Positions 53,110 through 64,000 of a stretch of DNA of 64,000 nt are shown here, one piece after another; the first letter of the stretch is position 1; each line of letters starts with the position of its first letter. Below the pieces are notes generated by a model. The model had not been told where the DNA came from. It worked only from the letters and a program-made list of their open reading frames with translations, and searched no databases. The DNA is from Eledone cirrhosa (taxonomy: Eukaryota), in the NCBI GenBank assembly GCA_964016885.1, contig OZ024741.1:289044001-289108000 (forward strand), given 5' to 3'. The position numbers and the translations under genes are program-made.

Positions 53110-55050
53110 TGGAAGTCGAACAGACTACGAAGTCCATAGACGAGGTTGGAGGTGATGCAGCGGAAGGCGCATCGGAGAGAGTGGCCGTTGGGACCCTGGC
53201 AGGTGTGGAAGCTAGGCCTGGAGCAGGGGAGGGTTGTGGGCTAGGGAGCTGCGGACGAAGAGGGGGCGGGTGGAAATTACGCACGCGTTTGAATGAGGGG
53301 AGGGTGGGGATGGGGGCTCGGACTGGAGGCGTCGGAAGAAGCGGAGGATGGTGCGGTGGAGGGTAGGGTAGAGGGGTGGTAGGTGATGGGAAGGGGGACG
53401 GTGGGTGGGTGTTCGGGGGCGTGTGCAGCACGCGCGCGAGGGCGGTGTGGACGAGGGAGGGGGGTAACCTCTCCGGATGAAATGGCTGACTAGAGAAAGG
53501 GCCTGAGACTCGAAGTCAGCATCTCGGCTGCAGAGGCGGCGGATCCGGAGGAGTTGGGAGTAGGGAATAGGGTGTTTAGTGTGTGTAGGGTGGGAGGAGG
53601 TGGAGGTGAAGTCGAGGTAGGAGTGGGAATCGGTGGGTTTGAAGAAGGCGGAGTTGACGAGGGAACAGTGGGAGTGGTCGATGGCGACGGAGATGTCCAA
53701 GAAGTGGACGTGGGTGGTGGATATAGAGGCGGTGAAGTGGAAGGGGCAGAAGGAGAGAAAGGAGTCGAGCTGTTCTCGTGTGAGGTTCGTGGTTCCGATA
53801 CAGTCGTCGATGTAACGACCGTATAAAGTTCGGGCGTGGGCCGGTATACTGGGCAAAGATTTGGACCTCAACATGGCCAACGAAAAGGTTGGCATAGTTT
53901 GGGCCCATTCTTGTGCCTATGGCTACCCTAGTTACCTGTTGGTAAACCTCACCCGAGAAGCAGTTGAGGGTGAGGACCAGCTCATCGAGGCGAAGGAGAG
54001 TGGGGGTGGAGGGCATGGGGGAGGGGCGAAGGTCGAGCCTGAGGGCACGTAGGTCGTCGGCGTGGGGGATAACGGTGTAGAGGGACTTAATATCTAGGAT
54101 GAAGAGGAGGGGTGTGTGCCAGGTGGGAAAGTGAGGGAGTCGAACAGGCGAAGGGTGTTGTTGGTGTCGGAGATGTGGGAGGGGAAGGGCGAGGATGGAG
54201 TCAAGAAAGACGGAGATGAGTTCTGTGGGGCAGTTGCAAGGAAGACGATGGGGCGGTCTGGGTTGTGGAGGAAGTGGATAGAGGGGGTGCGGACGATGAG
54301 GTAGATGAGGTGTTGGATGGTGGGTTGGTAGAGGGGTGTGGGGTCGGAGGGTAGAGGGCGGTAGAAGAGGGGGTTACGGAGCTGCCTGGAGCTTCAGCCT
54401 TGTAGAAGTCAGCGCGCCACACCACCACGGCGCCTCCCTTGTCCGCCGGTTTGATGACGATGTCATCTCAGCTATGGAGGGAGCAGAGAGCGAGGAGTTC
54501 GCCCCGTGTGATGTTATGCCGTTTGGAACGGCTGCGGAAGTCGAAGAGATTTACTGCGCTACGCCAGGCGTCGACGAACGTATCCAGGGTGTTAAATTGC
54601 CCGGATGCCGGCGTCCAATATGATGGTCGTTGGCCCAGGGCGAGAAAGGGGTCTTGGGCTTCCGGAGCCCGTGTGGTTTGGTGAAAATGTGCCTGTAGCT
54701 TAGTGCGGAACTCGTCGCTGTGCGGGTTGTGGGGTATGAAGCGCAGGCCTCTACTGAGGAGTGAACGCTCATGTGCGGAGAGGGGGAGGTCAGGGGTATG
54801 GTGCCAACAAATGGGGGTGGGTGGGTTATTTAGGTGTTAGAAGGGAGTGTGGTGGGCGTGATATGAGGTAGGGGTGTGAGGCTAGCGAGGGTAGTGTGGG
54901 GTGGTAGGAATGGGTGAGGTCGGGAGTGAGTGTAGCTTAAGGGCTTTGGTGGAGGTGAGGAAGGAGAAGAGTTCGTGGATGAGGTTTTGCATGAAGAGGA
55001 AGGAGTGTGCGAGGAAGGGTGGCAGGCGGAGTAGAGGCGGAGGAGGGTGG
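53110..55050 (-). pseudogene. C-rich PLE RT fragment
   Basis: Reverse complement of the 10330-12200 family: GTRMGPNYANLF, YGRYIDD, IPYSQLLRIRRLCS. Confidence 0.9.
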
Positions 55051-55057
55051 GGTGAGT

Positions 55058-55960
55058 TTGTGGTCAGCGTAAATGGAATTAATCATCGCGATATTTCCAT
55101 CGCTACCGCTACTACAGCAGATAGCATTAATTGGCTGAAACAACATGAACTTCTGAATACTGAAAAGGTCTGCCCTTCATGCGGTGAACGCATGATGGAA
55201 GTAGTGAAAAAAAATGTGTCAGATGGAATTATCTGGTCATGTGGAACGCCATGTAGAAAAATGGTGGTGTCTATTAGAAAAGGAACATTTCTAGAAAATA
55301 GTAAATTGAAGTGTCAACAAATAATTGACATATTGTATTATTGGGCAAAAGAAGATTTAGCCAAGGGGATTTCACGGGAATCTCGTATCGCGAATGTAGC
55401 CGTAGCAGATTGGCGAAAGTTTTGCCCGTCATGTGCAGAATATTATGTGGCACAAAACATTAAAGCTTGGCGGGCCAAACCGAATTGTTGAGATTGACGA
55501 AAGCGCCTTCATGAGAAGGAAATACAATGTTGGCCATCAGGTTAAAACAGAGTGGGTCTTTGGTGCTTTGGAAAGATATACCAGAAGATGTTTTTTAGTG
55601 GCAGTGGAAGACCGGACAGCAGACACGCTTTTAGCAATTATACAATATCGTATATTGCCTGGTACGACAATAATTTCTGACCTCTGGCGCTCCTATAATA
55701 CGATCAATCAGCTAGGCTATCAACATTTGACTGTAAGCCATTCCATCAATTTTGTTGATCCTGTAACATTTGCCACAACTAACCACATAGAATGCTTGTG
55801 GAAACATGTAAAGAATCGGAATAAAAGAGAAAACGGAACAGCCAGAAATTTGCTTCAATCCCATCAAATTAAATTCATGTGGTGGTATGAATTTAAGGAT
55901 GAAATTTTCCAAAAATTATTGGAACATATTCGTCATCTTTTCATGGAACAGATACACATT
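55058..55960 (+). pseudogene. Merlin (IS1595-like) DDE transposase, frameshifted
   Basis: CPSCG...WSC..SIRKGTFLENSKL, then GGPNRIVEIDES, WVFG, ILPGTTIISDLWRSY, HLTVSHS.NFVDP...TNHIE; frameshift near 55425. Confidence 0.9.
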
Positions 55961-56230
55961 CTTCATAAACGTATAAGGTTGGTGAAAAAAAAAAATGAAC
56001 ATATATTTATTTATAAACTTAACTTCATTTGTTTTCTAATTTGATAACCATGACTATGAAAATATATAATTTTTAAACTTAACTTAACTGCGAGGAGACC
56101 CAGATGTTTTTACCTGTCGATCTCAGAGACCCTGTTAAACAAAGCGTTGGACTTCGCTACCACTTATACCACATTGACAATATTATACACATAAACAACA
56201 TATGTACTTGTCTATACCATACTAATTCAA

Positions 56231-56285
56231 ACTGCCTGAAGAGGTCACAGCGAAAGATGGCTGTCACTGAAATATATATAGCAGT
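56231..56285 (+). ncRNA. Type I hammerhead ribozyme motif (homologue of 31371)
   Basis: ACTGC-CTGAAGA-GGTcACAGC...GCTGTcACT-GAAA-TATATATA-GCAGT. Confidence 0.7.
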
Positions 56286-56328
56286 AATAAACGAAGCTAA
56301 ATTTTAATCATTTGACTTTTATTTAACT

Positions 56329-56894
<566 letters not shown>

Positions 56895-57533
56895 GAACAC
56901 ACACATAAAGAAGCTATTGACCTAAATATACCTGTCATGCCTGTCTGAATTCCTAAGGGAATTGTAGGCCAGTTACTGTCTTGACCGACTGTAGTACCAC
57001 TGGGTGAATCATTTTTTGAGTTTTTTTGAGTTGAAATACATATAAATATGTGTCTGTGTCGGACACATAAAAAAGCTGCCGACCTATAAATGTGCCTGTC
57101 ATGCCTGCCTGAATTTTCGGTCAGTTGCTGACTTGACCGATTAACCCCACAATTACTACGTAGCGGTTCTTGCACGTGACTGCTGGACCCGGGTGAAACG
57201 AAGACGAAGAATTTCCTTGCGTACCGTTTTGTACCACAGATGCGATCTCACCCTGCTTCGTTAATGTCCTATCGACACCAAAGTTCAACGTTCGGGCAAA
57301 TAGATTTGAATCCAACCACCAACAACATAGCTGGATGACCGATAATCACACCAAACCGGAGTACTGTGATCCTTGTGATTTCCAGATATACAACCACTGA
57401 CACTGTTACGAAGACCAGAAAACCATACTCCATATATTGAACCAATTGATTGATTTGTGCGACCAAAATAACACCAAACACATATTGAACTAGGAATATT
57501 GGATCCTCCGTCAATGTCCGGGTGAGCAAAAAA

Positions 57534-57823
57534 ATGTTCTATGTGTGTATGTGTTTTCATTTTGTCTTGTGTGTGTTTTCAATTGTAAGTTGTTTGTTCT
57601 ATGTGTGTGTGTGTTTTCATTTTGTCCTTAATTGTAAGTTGTGATGTTGCTGTTCCACTCATATTTTCTATTTAATTTTGGTTTTAATTCTTTTATGCTT
57701 ACTGCCTCTGTAATTTGCCTAAACATTGCGTCTTTCTTGTGTGTGGATTCTATTTTTATTTCTATGCTCTCTAATTTACCCCTGTGTTCTATCTTAGCAT
57801 GTTGGTAGAGCACAGATGACTCT
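57534..57823 (-). repeat. Inverted copy of the 3' end of the adjacent PLE
   Basis: Minus-strand ORF 57628-57813 is identical to the last ~61 aa of the 772-aa ORF (60004-60237 region). Confidence 0.95.
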
Positions 57824-57880
57824 CCGTTTTATAGCCCCTCCGATAAATCATTCGACCTACGACGAGTCCACGCCACGACT

Positions 57881-60199
57881 TTGCCATTTAACAAACGCAC
57901 GCAGTTGCCGTCGCAGGTCGATGAACAAACAGAAGCACAATTTAGTATAGCTAAATCCGAACTTAGAAATATTATAGAACAGTATAGCAAGAAGCATAAT
58001 AGAATAGAGGCCCAGCAACTGGGAGAAGAATCTGCAAATGGCTTGCGTAAGCTCATGCAGCGCTCGCATAATGGAGAGATAGCATGCTTTCCAACAGACA
58101 AGTCTGGCAGAATGTCGGTTGACAGCCTGCCAAACTACATCCAGGCAATGCAACCCCACATCACTAACACAAGAGAGGTAACACCACAGGAGCATGAGGA
58201 TAGAGAAAAAACCCTCAATGCCCATATGGTGATGTGGACAAATATAATGCAGCCCAACAAAAGGACTGCCAACAACTTCCAGGCCTGGAACAATGACGTG
58301 CCGGCGCTGTATGGGCTTCGAAAAGACCATAAAACGGGCTGGGACCCTGTCGCGGGACCACCAACACGGCCAGTCTGTGGGGCTAACATTGCTAGTAACT
58401 ACAGACTGTCCTACTTCCTCTCCCTGATCATACGCCCCATCATTGAGATGTCCCCAGATGTGTGTGACAGCACGGAGGACCTCCTCAGCAGAATCGGCGC
58501 GGGTAACCGATCTGGGGACCTAACAAACTGCATAATAGGCAGTATGGATGTTGTGTCCCTGTATCCATCTATTGACGTGGATTTTGCTGTGGAGAAATGC
58601 GTCGAAATGATCAGCGAGAGCAAGGTTGAGTTCCGTGGGATTGATACCAGTGAGCTGGGACTTCTACTTAAGCTTACCCATAGTAATAGTTACCTAGACA
58701 CTTATGACCTTAGCAACCTGTGCCCTACAAGACCAGCAAGAGGCAGACCACCTACCATTACCTCAATGGCCAAGAAAACCCACACAGATAGATGGAACGG
58801 GTGGACCAGAGCCATACGGACACCCGAAAACCACGATGAACTGAAGAAAATGATTGCACATGCGGTAGGGGCCAGCATAAAATTAACCCTTAAGGAACAT
58901 ATGTTCAAATTTAATGGTAAAACATATGCCCAAGAGGAAGGAGCAGCCATTGGTGTTAGCATTGCAGGCGACATAGCTAACTTATTCATGGTATGGTGGG
59001 ACAGTAGACTTAAACAAAAACTTAATGAACAATTAGAAGACAGCTTAACCCTGATAATGTACTCCCGCTACGTAGATGATATAAACATCGTAGTTAAGAC
59101 ACCCCCACTAAAGAACAGTCAGGAACTAGAGAAAAACACAATGGAAAGCATCCAGCAAATAGCAAACTCCATCCACCAGAGCATTAGAGTTACTATAGAC
59201 TACCCAAGTAGACACCCCAACCATCGATTACCTGTACTAGACACAGAGCTCTGGTTAGATACAATTAACAACCAAAAACAAATCCTCCATTCCCATTATG
59301 CCAAACCCATGACTTCCAAACATCTGATCCACCGAAACTCGGCCATTTCGGACCATACAAAAATCAACATACTGATTGCGGATTTGGTACGGGTGATGAG
59401 AAATGTGTCCCGCATGTGCAACCCCGAAGAACTAGAGAGACACATACAACACTTCATCCACCGTATGCAGTTCTCTGGCTACAATCAGAGAGATAGAATC
59501 AGAGTGTATAAAGGAGCCAGAACCAAATGGGAAAAAATGGTAAATAATGACATAAATGGGACCTGCCCCTTGTATAGGAGCAAATTTTGGAATAGAATAG
59601 AAAGAACTAAGAACAAGGCCAATAGAATAAACTCATGGTATGATAGCAATAAATACCAGAGTGTAATGTTCATCAATACAACCCCTAGAGGCGAACTAGC
59701 CTACAAATTTAGAATGGCCCTAAAGAAACATAATCTCAATATTAAGATAGTAGAAAGACCTGGTACCTCCGTAAAAACACTTATTAGCAAGACATACCCG
59801 TTCCAAAGACCCTCATGTATAGATAAGAAATGTATAACCTGTAAAATAAGCCCCCATATTAACTGTAAAACTAGAAATGTAGTATATAGCATAAGATGTA
59901 CTGAAGGACAATGTAGAAACAAAAATATAGTGTACATAGGTGAGACAGCTCGTAGTATAGGGGAACGAATAAATGAACTCTGGCGAGACCTCCAAGATAA
60001 TAAAGAATCATCTGTGCTCTACCAACATGCTAAGATAGAACACAGGGGTAAATTAGAGAGCATAGAAATAAAAATAGAATCCACACACAAGAAAGACGCA
60101 ATGTTTAGGCAAATTACAGAGGCAGTAAGCATAAAAGAATTAAAACCAAAATTAAATAGAAAATATGAGTGGAACAGCAACATCACAACTTACAATTAA
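57881..60199 (+). CDS. PLE RT + GIY-YIG endonuclease, uninterrupted 772-aa frame, 5'-truncated
   Basis: PTDKSG, LRKDHK, RPVCG, SMDVVSLYPSI, QEEGAAIG, SRYVDD (59069), PVLD, HYAKP, CxxxxCxxC, NVVYSIRC...VYIGETARS...RQITEA. The frame stays open upstream of the listed TTG start to the inversion junction; no ATG at the start. Confidence 0.92.
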   Translation: MPFNKRTQLPSQVDEQTEAQFSIAKSELRNIIEQYSKKHNRIEAQQLGEESANGLRKLMQRSHNGEIACFPTDKSGRMSVDSLPNYIQAMQPHITNTREVTPQEHEDREKTLNAHMVMWTNIMQPNKRTANNFQAWNNDVPALYGLRKDHKTGWDPVAGPPTRPVCGANIASNYRLSYFLSLIIRPIIEMSPDVCDSTEDLLSRIGAGNRSGDLTNCIIGSMDVVSLYPSIDVDFAVEKCVEMISESKVEFRGIDTSELGLLLKLTHSNSYLDTYDLSNLCPTRPARGRPPTITSMAKKTHTDRWNGWTRAIRTPENHDELKKMIAHAVGASIKLTLKEHMFKFNGKTYAQEEGAAIGVSIAGDIANLFMVWWDSRLKQKLNEQLEDSLTLIMYSRYVDDINIVVKTPPLKNSQELEKNTMESIQQIANSIHQSIRVTIDYPSRHPNHRLPVLDTELWLDTINNQKQILHSHYAKPMTSKHLIHRNSAISDHTKINILIADLVRVMRNVSRMCNPEELERHIQHFIHRMQFSGYNQRDRIRVYKGARTKWEKMVNNDINGTCPLYRSKFWNRIERTKNKANRINSWYDSNKYQSVMFINTTPRGELAYKFRMALKKHNLNIKIVERPGTSVKTLISKTYPFQRPSCIDKKCITCKISPHINCKTRNVVYSIRCTEGQCRNKNIVYIGETARSIGERINELWRDLQDNKESSVLYQHAKIEHRGKLESIEIKIESTHKKDAMFRQITEAVSIKELKPKLNRKYEWNSNITTYN

Positions 60200-60413
60200 G
60201 GACAAAATGAAAACACACACACACATAGAACAAACAACCAACCAACAATAAATAAATAAATAAGCAAACAAATAGAAAAATAGAAAAATGAACACAAACA
60301 CACACAGACACCCGGATGTGGCGCATGCGCAAACTGAGCACGCAACCCACACACAAACAAAATGGCGTAGGATAGAAGAAAGGAAAGGCACAGAAACGAA
60401 GAAAAAAATCCCC

Positions 60414-60458
60414 AGTCACTGAAGAGGTCACAGAGTGTGTGACGAAAGAACTATGACT
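60414..60458 (+). ncRNA. Minimal type I hammerhead ribozyme in the PLE 3' UTR/pLTR
   Basis: AGTCA-CTGAAGA-g-GTCACA(GAGTG)TGTGAC-GAAA-G(AA)CTA-TGACT; perfect 5-bp stem I and 6-bp stem II. Confidence 0.78.
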
Positions 60459-60701
60459 ATATATATATATAAACAACTATCTGGTTGTGGAACCAACCAA
60501 CCAACCAGAAATTTATAAATTTGTAAATTTATAAATATATAATAAATTAAATTGAAGTGAAAGCAACTGGTGCGTGTGTTTCTTATTGGCAACATGACCC
60601 TCCCAAAGTATAACAATATCGGTTTCAACACACGATTTCAGATAAAGAATCTTGCTAAACAAATTCAGAAACGACTGTATATATATATATATATATATAT
60701 A

Positions 60702-61554
60702 CAGTCGAATCCGCTTAAGAGTATAGCATAATCAATTCCCGAATTTATGTACTGTTTTGTACAGTGCATGGGTCCGCTTAAGAGTATATCGGATAAGAGT
60801 ATAGCATAATCAATTCCCGTTTATATATTTTCTATATAATTTAGTCCGAATAAGAGTATAATGAATACGGTAAAGTAAATTGGGCTTATAATGTAACAAC
60901 CATTTTAAAACAATTCAAAATGAAATGCGATGATGTCAGTTATACAACCATTCTAAAAGCAATTTAAAGTTTAATATATGCAAATGCAAAAATATTTCAT
61001 TGTCATAAAAATGTCTTTGAAACGCTCTGCTTTATCCATTACTCAAAGGTTAGTATGTATTATTTTTATATTTATAATATGAATGTGCATAGGTACCTAA
61101 TATAACTTTACTCATTTATCAATATTTTAGATCTCTGGAAAAGAAGTAATAAATGCTTTGTTGACTGTACGGTCCTATATGATGCAATCCTTTGAAAACT
61201 TTGAAAATTATACTCCGTCTGCGATCGAAGGAATTGATTGAAAAAAAATTGCGAGCAATCGAGTGCAAAAGAACATTTTGGACCATTTTTAGGAAATAAA
61301 AATTGCATATCAATATGTTGAAATATTGCTTAATTTATCTATAATTTGCAATATTTCTTGTTGAAATTTTTGGTGTAACTTTCATTTTTTTAAATTTATA
61401 AATGCATTTTAAACGATAATAAAGCGATTATTAATCATTGAATGACTCAAAATAATAATACTATGGAATATATTTAGTCCGGATAAGAGTATAGTCCGGT
61501 TAAGAGCATACTATTTTCCATTCCCGAGGGTATACTCTTAAGCGGACTCGGCTG
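60702..61554 (+). mobile_element. Tc1/mariner-superfamily (pogo/Tigger-like) MITE
   Basis: TA flanks; 24-bp TIRs CAGTCGAATCCGCTTAAGAGTATA matching at 22/24; subterminal taagagtata repeats. Confidence 0.85.
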
Positions 61555-61721
61555 TATATATGTGTGTGTGTGAGAGTGTGTAAAAGCTAAACAAACAACG
61601 CAAACGACACAATACACACATATATATAAATAAAAAATAACAAGGAATTAAATTAAATCATACAATTGATTATTGACTATCATTTCGTTAAAATAACTGA
61701 AATATGCCATACCTGTTATAA

Positions 61722-62040
61722 TAATTGTTTCTACTTTTGACACAAGGCCAGCAAATACCCAGTACATTACTGGTACTTTATTTTATCGACCCCGTAATGA
61801 TGAAAGGCAAAGTTAACCTCGGCGGGATTTGACTCAGACTGTAAAGGACCGTAACTCTATGCTGCAAAGCATGGCGTCCGACCCTCTATCGACTAGGATC
61901 GATTAGATGCAAATAATTGTTTCCACTTTTGCCACAAGGCCAGCAATTATCCCAGTGCATTACTGGTAATTTATTTTATCGACCTCTTAAGGATGAAAGG
62001 CAAAGTTAATCCCATCGATTTAACTTTGCCTTTTATCCAT
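61722..62040 (-). mobile_element. Two adjacent SINE copies/fragments
   Basis: Reverse complement of the 536-727 SINE. Confidence 0.7.
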
Positions 62041-62333
62041 TGGGGATAAAATTATCATATAAGTTGTATTTAAACTATTCTAAAGAGATTATTTTAAATG
62101 GAATATTGTAGTTTTTTCAATCAATTAAATGATTAAATTAAAACTTAAATCCTTATCTATTTTTTCATATTCTCTGTGTATATACAGATAGAGAGTGAGA
62201 GACTTTAGGGAAAAAGAGAAAATTTATGATGATCATAGAAACGATTCTAAAAAATCTAAAGAAATCTAAAACATACATCAATCAATTGAATTATTAAATC
62301 AAAATTTAAATCATTATTCTTTTATACACAAAA

Positions 62334-62543
62334 TCTTTTTCCCTAAAATCTCTCACTCTGTATGAGAAAGAATATGTATAAGAGAATAATTGTTTCTACT
62401 TTAGGCACAAGGCCAGCAATTATCCAGTGTAAAGTACCAGTAATACACTGAATAATTGCTGGCCTTGTGCCTAAAGTACAAACAATTATTCTTTTATACA
62501 TATTCTCTCCCATACAGAGAGTCAGAGATTTTAGGGAAAAAGA
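62334..62543. repeat. Long imperfect palindrome centred on two inverted SINE tails
   Basis: tctttttccctaaaatctct...gcacaaggccagcaattat / ataattgctggccttgtgc...agagattttagggaaaaaga. Confidence 0.85.
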
Positions 62544-62887
62544 GAAAATTCATGATTAACTTACATATTTTCTGTGGAGCCATCGTAAATATTAAACTGT
62601 CCAGTCCAGTTAAAATATATTAATGATGTGAGATACTGACAAATAACTGGCACAAGGCCAGCAATTACCCAGTTCATAACGACATCCACTCTGACCTGCT
62701 ACTGACTTGCTAGTGACCTGTTACTGACCTGCTACATACTTACTATCTATAGGTGTGTATGCATATATATATGTGTGTGGTGTGTGTGTGTGTGTATTTG
62801 TTTGTGTTTTTGTTTTTAAATTCTCTACTTGTTTTGATGTATTTTGAATAGCGTTCCTTAAATTTCAGGGTTTCACAAGAAATAACT

Positions 62888-62938
<51 letters not shown>

Positions 62939-63302
62939 ATTTGTACGTTTGTGGTTTTATTTGTAAATCCTCTCTTCCTGTTTTCATGTATTTTGAATAG
63001 CACTCAGTTGAATGTCACTATTGAAAAAACAAGCAAAAACCAACCGAAAATAAAATGAAATTTTTTTTCTTTTCAGAGAAGTATTATTCTGCACTCTAGC
63101 CTATACCTAACCATTCAACCATTCAACCATTCAACCATTCAATTTTCAGGATGACACTTTACAGGCTGAGTTCAAATCCAGCCATGGTTATCTGTGATTT
63201 TCATCCTTCCAGAATTATTACCATTCAAGTACTAACGTTGATTTAATCGATTTCCCCATACACACACACACACACACACACACACTCTCTCTCTCTCTCT
63301 CA

Positions 63303-63370
<68 letters not shown>

Positions 63371-63411
63371 CTCTCTCTTTCTCTTTCTGCCTCTCTCTCT
63401 TTCTCTTTCTG

Positions 63412-63454
<43 letters not shown>

Positions 63455-63534
63455 AACAAACACACAAAAACGATTTTAGTAATAAGCAGGGATTACCATG
63501 AGGATTCGACTCTCTTGCTATACTAACATTTGTT

Positions 63535-64000
63535 TGGTAGATTGGCCGTGTCGGTAGAGCTTCGGACAACATGCTTAGTGGCATATATAGTTACAGCCCT
63601 TTACGTTCTGAGTTCAAATCCCGCTGAGGTTGGCTTTACCTTTCATCCTTCCGGAGTCGATGAATAAAGCACCAGTAATGCACTGAGGTCGATTTAATCA
63701 ACTTTCCTCTTCCCTTCAAATCGCAGGCCTTGTGCCCAAAGTAGAAACAATTATTAATTGGATATAGGACTTTGGGTAAGCAGAGTTGTTAAAGTGTCGG
63801 ATAAATGCTTAGCAGTATTTGTTCTCGTTTATTACCTTCCAAGTTCAAATACTGCCGAGGTTAACTTTGCTTTTGTTTTCGTTTCGGGGTCTATAATATA
63901 GTACCAATAAAGAATTAGGTTCGATATAATCGACTTTACCCATGTCAAAAATGTCTCGCCTTGTTACGAATTTCTAAGTTCTCAGTTCAAATCCTACCGA
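63535..64000 (+). mobile_element. Two to three tandem SINE copies
   Basis: GAGTTCAAATCCC/AAGTTCAAATAC B-box-like motifs with the shared core at ~63610, ~63841 and ~63984. Confidence 0.7.

Noticed and set aside
63060-63175. Polypyrimidine-CAG acceptor-like sites suggesting a host exon
   Set aside because: No supporting ORF, donor site or homology is visible; cannot be supported without transcripts.

Overview
AT-rich animal genomic DNA with no recognisable host gene. The abundant tRNA-like SINEs, (TA)n/(CA)n tracts and overall repeat make-up resemble octopod cephalopod genomes; this is an inference, not a database result. From about 0.8 to 61.6 kb the window is a near-continuous mosaic of transposable elements. 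It holds one intact piggyBac (TTAA TSD, TIRs, 558-aa ORF) plus two decayed relatives, about 18 fragments of Penelope-like retroelements (PLEs; RT + C-terminal GIY-YIG) from at least five families, hAT/Buster and Merlin transposase remnants, a Merlin derivative with a 9-bp TSD, a pogo/Tigger-like MITE, a probable solo LTR, two LINE RT remnants and a GC-rich RLE-type (R2/NeSL-like) non-LTR element. Four things stand out. (i) 23 of 27 coding TE fragments lie on the + strand, as in a uni-strand piRNA-cluster-like TE trap. (ii) Minimal hammerhead ribozyme motifs of several distinct families are dense, including U3-A8 core variants and ~300-bp tandem retrozyme-like arrays. (iii) A young PLE has an uninterrupted RT-GIY-YIG frame with a ~70-aa insertion at the telomerase IFD position. 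(iv) Two PLEs carry inverted 3'-end copies. Boundaries of decayed fragments are approximate.
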